From: Desulfamplus sp.
GTDB taxonomy: Bacteria > Desulfobacterota > Desulfobacteria > Desulfobacterales > Desulfobacteraceae
Length of the DNA stretch: 64,000 nt
Assembly: GCA_015232465.1 (NCBI GenBank)
Contig: JADFZO010000006.1
Span: 63-64,062 of the forward strand
Direction: 5' to 3'
The notes under the pieces were generated by a model. That model made no database searches and was not told the DNA's origin. It worked only from the letters and a program-made list of their open reading frames with translations. A program made the translations under genes and the position numbers. Shown one piece after another: positions 60,838 to 64,000 of this stretch. The stretch's first letter is position 1, and every line of letters begins with the position of its first letter.

Positions 60838-63012
60838 TTAAATATCATAACCTTTCCCAAGGGGTAGAACTGCCTCAAATTTAGCAAGCTCATCAATTGG
60901 GATATGGCATAAAATTCGGTGAGACCCTTTTCCATACTGCCATGAGGGCGATTTTTGCTCACATATTTTTCCATTATCAGAAAGCATCTCTCTTCTTGGA
61001 CACCTTGTATGAAATCTGCAACCAGTTGGCGGATTCATTGCACTTGGCACATCACCTGATAATCTTATAAATTTGCGTCTTGACAGATTTGGATCAGGTA
61101 TTGGCACTGCTGATAAAAGAGCCTCCGTGTAGGGGTGATATGGAGGCGGGTAAATTCTTCTAACTGATCCAAACTCCACAATCTGCCCTAAATACATCAC
61201 AGCAACATAATCTGAGATAAATCTTACAACACTAAGATCATGGGCAATAAATATAAGAGTTGTGCCAAGCTCCTCTTTTATCTCATTAAGAAGATTTAGC
61301 ACAGCGGCCTGAACAGATACATCAAGTGCAGATACAGGCTCATCACAGAGCACCATATTGGGCTGGCTTGCAAGTGCTCTTGCAATGCCAACTCGCTGTT
61401 TTTCTCCACCGCTTAACTGTCTTGGGTATCTGTTGTAATAGTAGGTATCCAGCTTAACAGCTTTGAGGAGTCTTTCTACCTCAGCTTGAATATCTTTTGC
61501 TGGAATGCCTCTAAATCTTTTGATAGGGCGTGCAATCTGATCCCCAACCGTGAATGAAGGGTTTAGTGTAGAGTCTGGATTTTGGAATACCATCTGAAGC
61601 TCTCGAATTAAAGTCTGACTTCTACTTGCAACTGGTATTGTAAGATCAAAACCCATAAGTTCAGCACTACCGCCTGACACCTTTTCAAGCCCCACAATCC
61701 CCTTGACCAGCGAGCTTTTTCCGCAACCAGATTCACCCACAATTCCAAGCACAGAGCCTTTAGGCACAATAAACGAGACATCATCAACAGCCTTTATATA
61801 TTGTTTATCTTCAAGCCCAAAAACACTTTTTAACGAGCCTGATTTGTGTTCATAATATATTTTGATATTTTTAATGGCTGCTATGTTATCTGTAATATTT
61901 TGAGATGATCTATTTTCCGTTTCGCACGACTCTTCCAAAATCTCTCTATTTCCTCTTGCGTAATCAGTCATGCTTGCTGCAAATGTTTGATCACCTAAAA
62001 AACAGCGGCTCTGATGCTCACCAGAAATTGTTATAAGTTCAGGGTGGGTTGTAGTGCATTTATCTTGAATATTTTTAGATATAGTCCAATCACATCTTGG
62101 GGCAAAAATGCACTTGTCTGGTAGGCGTTCAGATGGGTGAGGAACTCGCCCTCGTATTGACCAGAGACGAGAAAAAGAGAGATCGTCAGTCAAATTTGGC
62201 ACGCAGCAGAGTAAGCCTCTTGTGTATGGGTGTGCTGGGCTGTCAAATATGGTTTGAACTGATCCTTTTTCCACCATTTCACCAGCATACATAACGCAAA
62301 GTTTATCGCTCACTCTGGCAACAACTCCAAGGTTGTGCGTTATAAATATGATACCAGTATTAAAATCTTTTTTTAGGTCTTCAACAAGATCAAGAACAGC
62401 AGCCTCAACCGTAACATCAAGGGCTGTAGTTGGCTCGTCCATGATAAGAAGCGAGGGGCTGTTGAGCATTGCCATTGCAATTACAACTCTTTGCTGTTGT
62501 CCGCCTGAAATCATGTGCGGGTAACGCTCCATAACATTGGCAGCATCTGGCATATAGACCCTCTCAAGCATAGCAATGCTCTTTTTCCACGCATCTTGTT
62601 TTGAGATGTTGTTATGAGTCGTGAGAACCTCAGAAAGCTGATTGCCAATCTTTAAAGATGGATTAAGAGCCTGCATTGGGTCTTGATAGACCATAGAGAT
62701 TTTATTACCCCTGATCTTTCTTAATTCAGACTTTGGTTGACCCACAAGCTCCTGCCCCATAAATTTGATACTGCCACCTGAAACGCGTCCATTTATCCCA
62801 AGAAAATCCAAAATACCAAAGGCAATTGTGCTTTTACCACAACCAGATTCCCCAACCAATCCAATAGTTTCGCCCTGCCCTACGGTAAAATTTACCCCTT
62901 GCACTGCTGGGATTTCGCCTTTGCGTGTTTTATACGATATAGCAAGCTCTTTTACCTCAAGAACTGGTGTGGATTCAGATATAGATTGTTTTTTAATGTA
63001 TTCTAATGTCAT
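60838..63012 (-). CDS. Dipeptide/oligopeptide ABC ATP-binding protein, fused DppD-DppF
   Basis: Two GESGCGKS Walker A motifs, SGGQQQR/SGGEKQR, DEPTTALD/DEPVSALD, HPYT, C-terminal Cys motifs. Confidence 0.95.
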   Translation of the reverse strand: MTLEYIKKQSISESTPVLEVKELAISYKTRKGEIPAVQGVNFTVGQGETIGLVGESGCGKSTIAFGILDFLGINGRVSGGSIKFMGQELVGQPKSELRKIRGNKISMVYQDPMQALNPSLKIGNQLSEVLTTHNNISKQDAWKKSIAMLERVYMPDAANVMERYPHMISGGQQQRVVIAMAMLNSPSLLIMDEPTTALDVTVEAAVLDLVEDLKKDFNTGIIFITHNLGVVARVSDKLCVMYAGEMVEKGSVQTIFDSPAHPYTRGLLCCVPNLTDDLSFSRLWSIRGRVPHPSERLPDKCIFAPRCDWTISKNIQDKCTTTHPELITISGEHQSRCFLGDQTFAASMTDYARGNREILEESCETENRSSQNITDNIAAIKNIKIYYEHKSGSLKSVFGLEDKQYIKAVDDVSFIVPKGSVLGIVGESGCGKSSLVKGIVGLEKVSGGSAELMGFDLTIPVASRSQTLIRELQMVFQNPDSTLNPSFTVGDQIARPIKRFRGIPAKDIQAEVERLLKAVKLDTYYYNRYPRQLSGGEKQRVGIARALASQPNMVLCDEPVSALDVSVQAAVLNLLNEIKEELGTTLIFIAHDLSVVRFISDYVAVMYLGQIVEFGSVRRIYPPPYHPYTEALLSAVPIPDPNLSRRKFIRLSGDVPSAMNPPTGCRFHTRCPRREMLSDNGKICEQKSPSWQYGKGSHRILCHIPIDELAKFEAVLPLGKGYDI

Positions 63013-63050
63013 TTGAAAAACTCCTTTTTCTATAATTTACTCCTTAACCC

Positions 63051-63110
63051 AAGATGAAAGGATTTTCAAGATTAGCTTTATCATTCTATCCTGTGAATTC
63101 GTGATTCAAA
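63051..63110. repeat. Hairpin repeat element, degenerate copy 1
   Basis: AAGATGAAAGGATTTTCAAGATTAGCTTTATCATTCTATCCTGTGAATTCGTGATTCAAA; aligns with 63491-63552. Confidence 0.7.
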
Positions 63111-63230
63111 TTCATTTAGCCTAAATGGATTTTTCTTCCAAATTTTATAAGCTTCTGTTGCCTGATTTTTTATTTGTTCTGGCAAAGCCTCGAAATGTTT
63201 TTTAAAACTCGGAAGCAGATGAGAGATCAT
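63081..63230 (-). pseudogene. Truncated RelE/ParE-like toxin
   Basis: MISHLLPSFKKHFEALPEQIKNQATEAYKIWKKNPF then runs into the repeat and stops at 49 aa; start overlaps the antitoxin stop. Confidence 0.7.
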
Positions 63231-63473
63231 AACTCGTCCCATCCTCTTTTTTCAGCTTTTCCCTCTCTATATTCTTCTAATGCTTTATCTGCCAGCATTT
63301 CGAGAATATCTTGAGACTCGACAAAAGATTTCTGCCATTTTATTTCATCTTTAATTGTTTCAATTAAATTGGCTTTTTGCATTTCATGTATCCAATATTT
63401 TCCCAATATTTCCTGCTCTTCTTCTGAAAAATGAGGATGCCATATTAAAAGCCTTTTTAAGTATTGCATTCAT
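63227..63473 (-). pseudogene. Antitoxin-like gene with probable 1-nt frameshift in a T5 tract
   Basis: GGAGG-ATG(63473) gives MNAILKKAFNMASSF; removing one T at 63427-63431 joins SEEEQEILGKYW...KWQKSFVESQDILEMLADKALEEYREGK. Confidence 0.65.
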
Positions 63474-63490
63474 AAAAACCTCCATAAAAA

Positions 63491-63552
63491 AGGATTTTCA
63501 GGATTTTGCTTTATCCCGCCTTATCCTTCTATCCTGTAAATCCTGATTCAGA
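63491..63552. repeat. Hairpin repeat element, copy 2
   Basis: AGGATTTTCAGGAT...ATCCTGTAAATCCT-GATTCAGA; 14-bp stem with one mismatch. Confidence 0.75.
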
Positions 63553-63554
63553 AC

Positions 63555-63590
63555 CACTGATTAACCTGATTTCACGGATTGCACTGATTT
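63555..63590. repeat. Four degenerate 9-bp tandem repeats
   Basis: CACTGATTA ACCTGATTT CACGGATTG CACTGATTT. Confidence 0.7.
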
Positions 63591-63608
63591 TTATAATCTT
63601 CGTCTTCG

Positions 63609-63848
63609 CTATGCAGCAAGAGACCTTACGCAGAAAACAGCATCTTCAATAAAAGGTTCAATTGCTGATTCCTCTACTGTTATTACAGCTAATGTATCTC
63701 CAATCGTGTTAAATACTTCCAAAGAATAACCATCTTCACCTTCAGACACAGGATAATATTCTACAATAGTTGCAACATCACCTTTTTTCAGCTTTTTTTC
63801 AGGAATATCCTTAGCCAGAATAATCTCTTCAAATAAGTTATATTTCAT
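63609..63848 (-). CDS. DUF4926-family protein
   Basis: LAKDIPEKKLKKGDVATIVE, GYSLEVFNTIGDTLAVITV; ATG at 63848 after GAGGAGG. Confidence 0.82.
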   Translation of the reverse strand: MKYNLFEEIILAKDIPEKKLKKGDVATIVEYYPVSEGEDGYSLEVFNTIGDTLAVITVEESAIEPFIEDAVFCVRSLAA

Positions 63849-63858
63849 TATTCCTCCT

Positions 63859-63999
63859 CTAAGCAGCAATTTTATCAGGATACATAGTTATAAATCTTGT
63901 ATTTCCAGTTATGCGGTCTATCATCCAAATCGTAATAACAGACAGACCTTTTCCATTTGGTCCAAGAAGTAATCCGCTTATTTCAAACATCTGACCAAA
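63859..63999 (-). CDS. DUF6883-like protein, 3' end only (runs off window); not in ORF track
   Basis: ...FGQMFEISGLLLGPNGKGLSVITIWMIDRITGNTRFITMYPDKIAA-stop, directly upstream of the DUF4926 gene. Confidence 0.7.
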   Translation of the reverse strand, partial: FGQMFEISGLLLGPNGKGLSVITIWMIDRITGNTRFITMYPDKIAA

Positions 64000-64000
64000 T

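Noticed and set aside
63051-63590. CRISPR array or integron attC sites
   Set aside because: Only two degenerate copies about 440 bp apart with genes between them; no regular spacers, cas genes, intI or clear RYYYAAC/GTTRRRY cores

Overview
AT-rich chromosomal window, most consistent with a sulfate-reducing Desulfobacteraceae-type deltaproteobacterium (inferred from gene content, not verified). Most of it is core genome: amtB, pilT-like ATPase, htpG, mltA, Moco genes (moaC, mobB, mobA, moeA), cheB, three tRNAs (Val-GAC, Gly-GCC, Cys-GCA), eukaryote-type hisA, clpS-clpA, hslU-argBDFGH, folK, tal/fsa, pgsA, truA and ABC transporter subunits. Features the ORF track misses or splits: a selenocysteine formate dehydrogenase (in-frame UGA at 56019-56021 with a SECIS hairpin), a 53-aa LptM-like lipoprotein after argH, a truncated RelE/ParE-like toxin, a frameshifted antitoxin and a partial DUF6883-like gene at the right edge. 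Best candidates for uncharacterised systems: (1) a metallophosphoesterase coupled to a ParB/Srx-Lrp/AsnC fusion (50217-51903); (2) a sigma54 envelope module (palindromic enhancer, -24/-12 promoter, secreted DUF2202 ferritin-like protein, beta-barrel, two-component system; 9552-15296); (3) a long KamA-family radical SAM enzyme with the glutamate 2,3-aminomutase Lys/Asn signature next to an aminotransferase (33752-36881); (4) TA-like gene pairs separated by hairpin repeats with 9-bp periodicity (63051-64000). All family calls come from motif recognition by eye; no searches were run.
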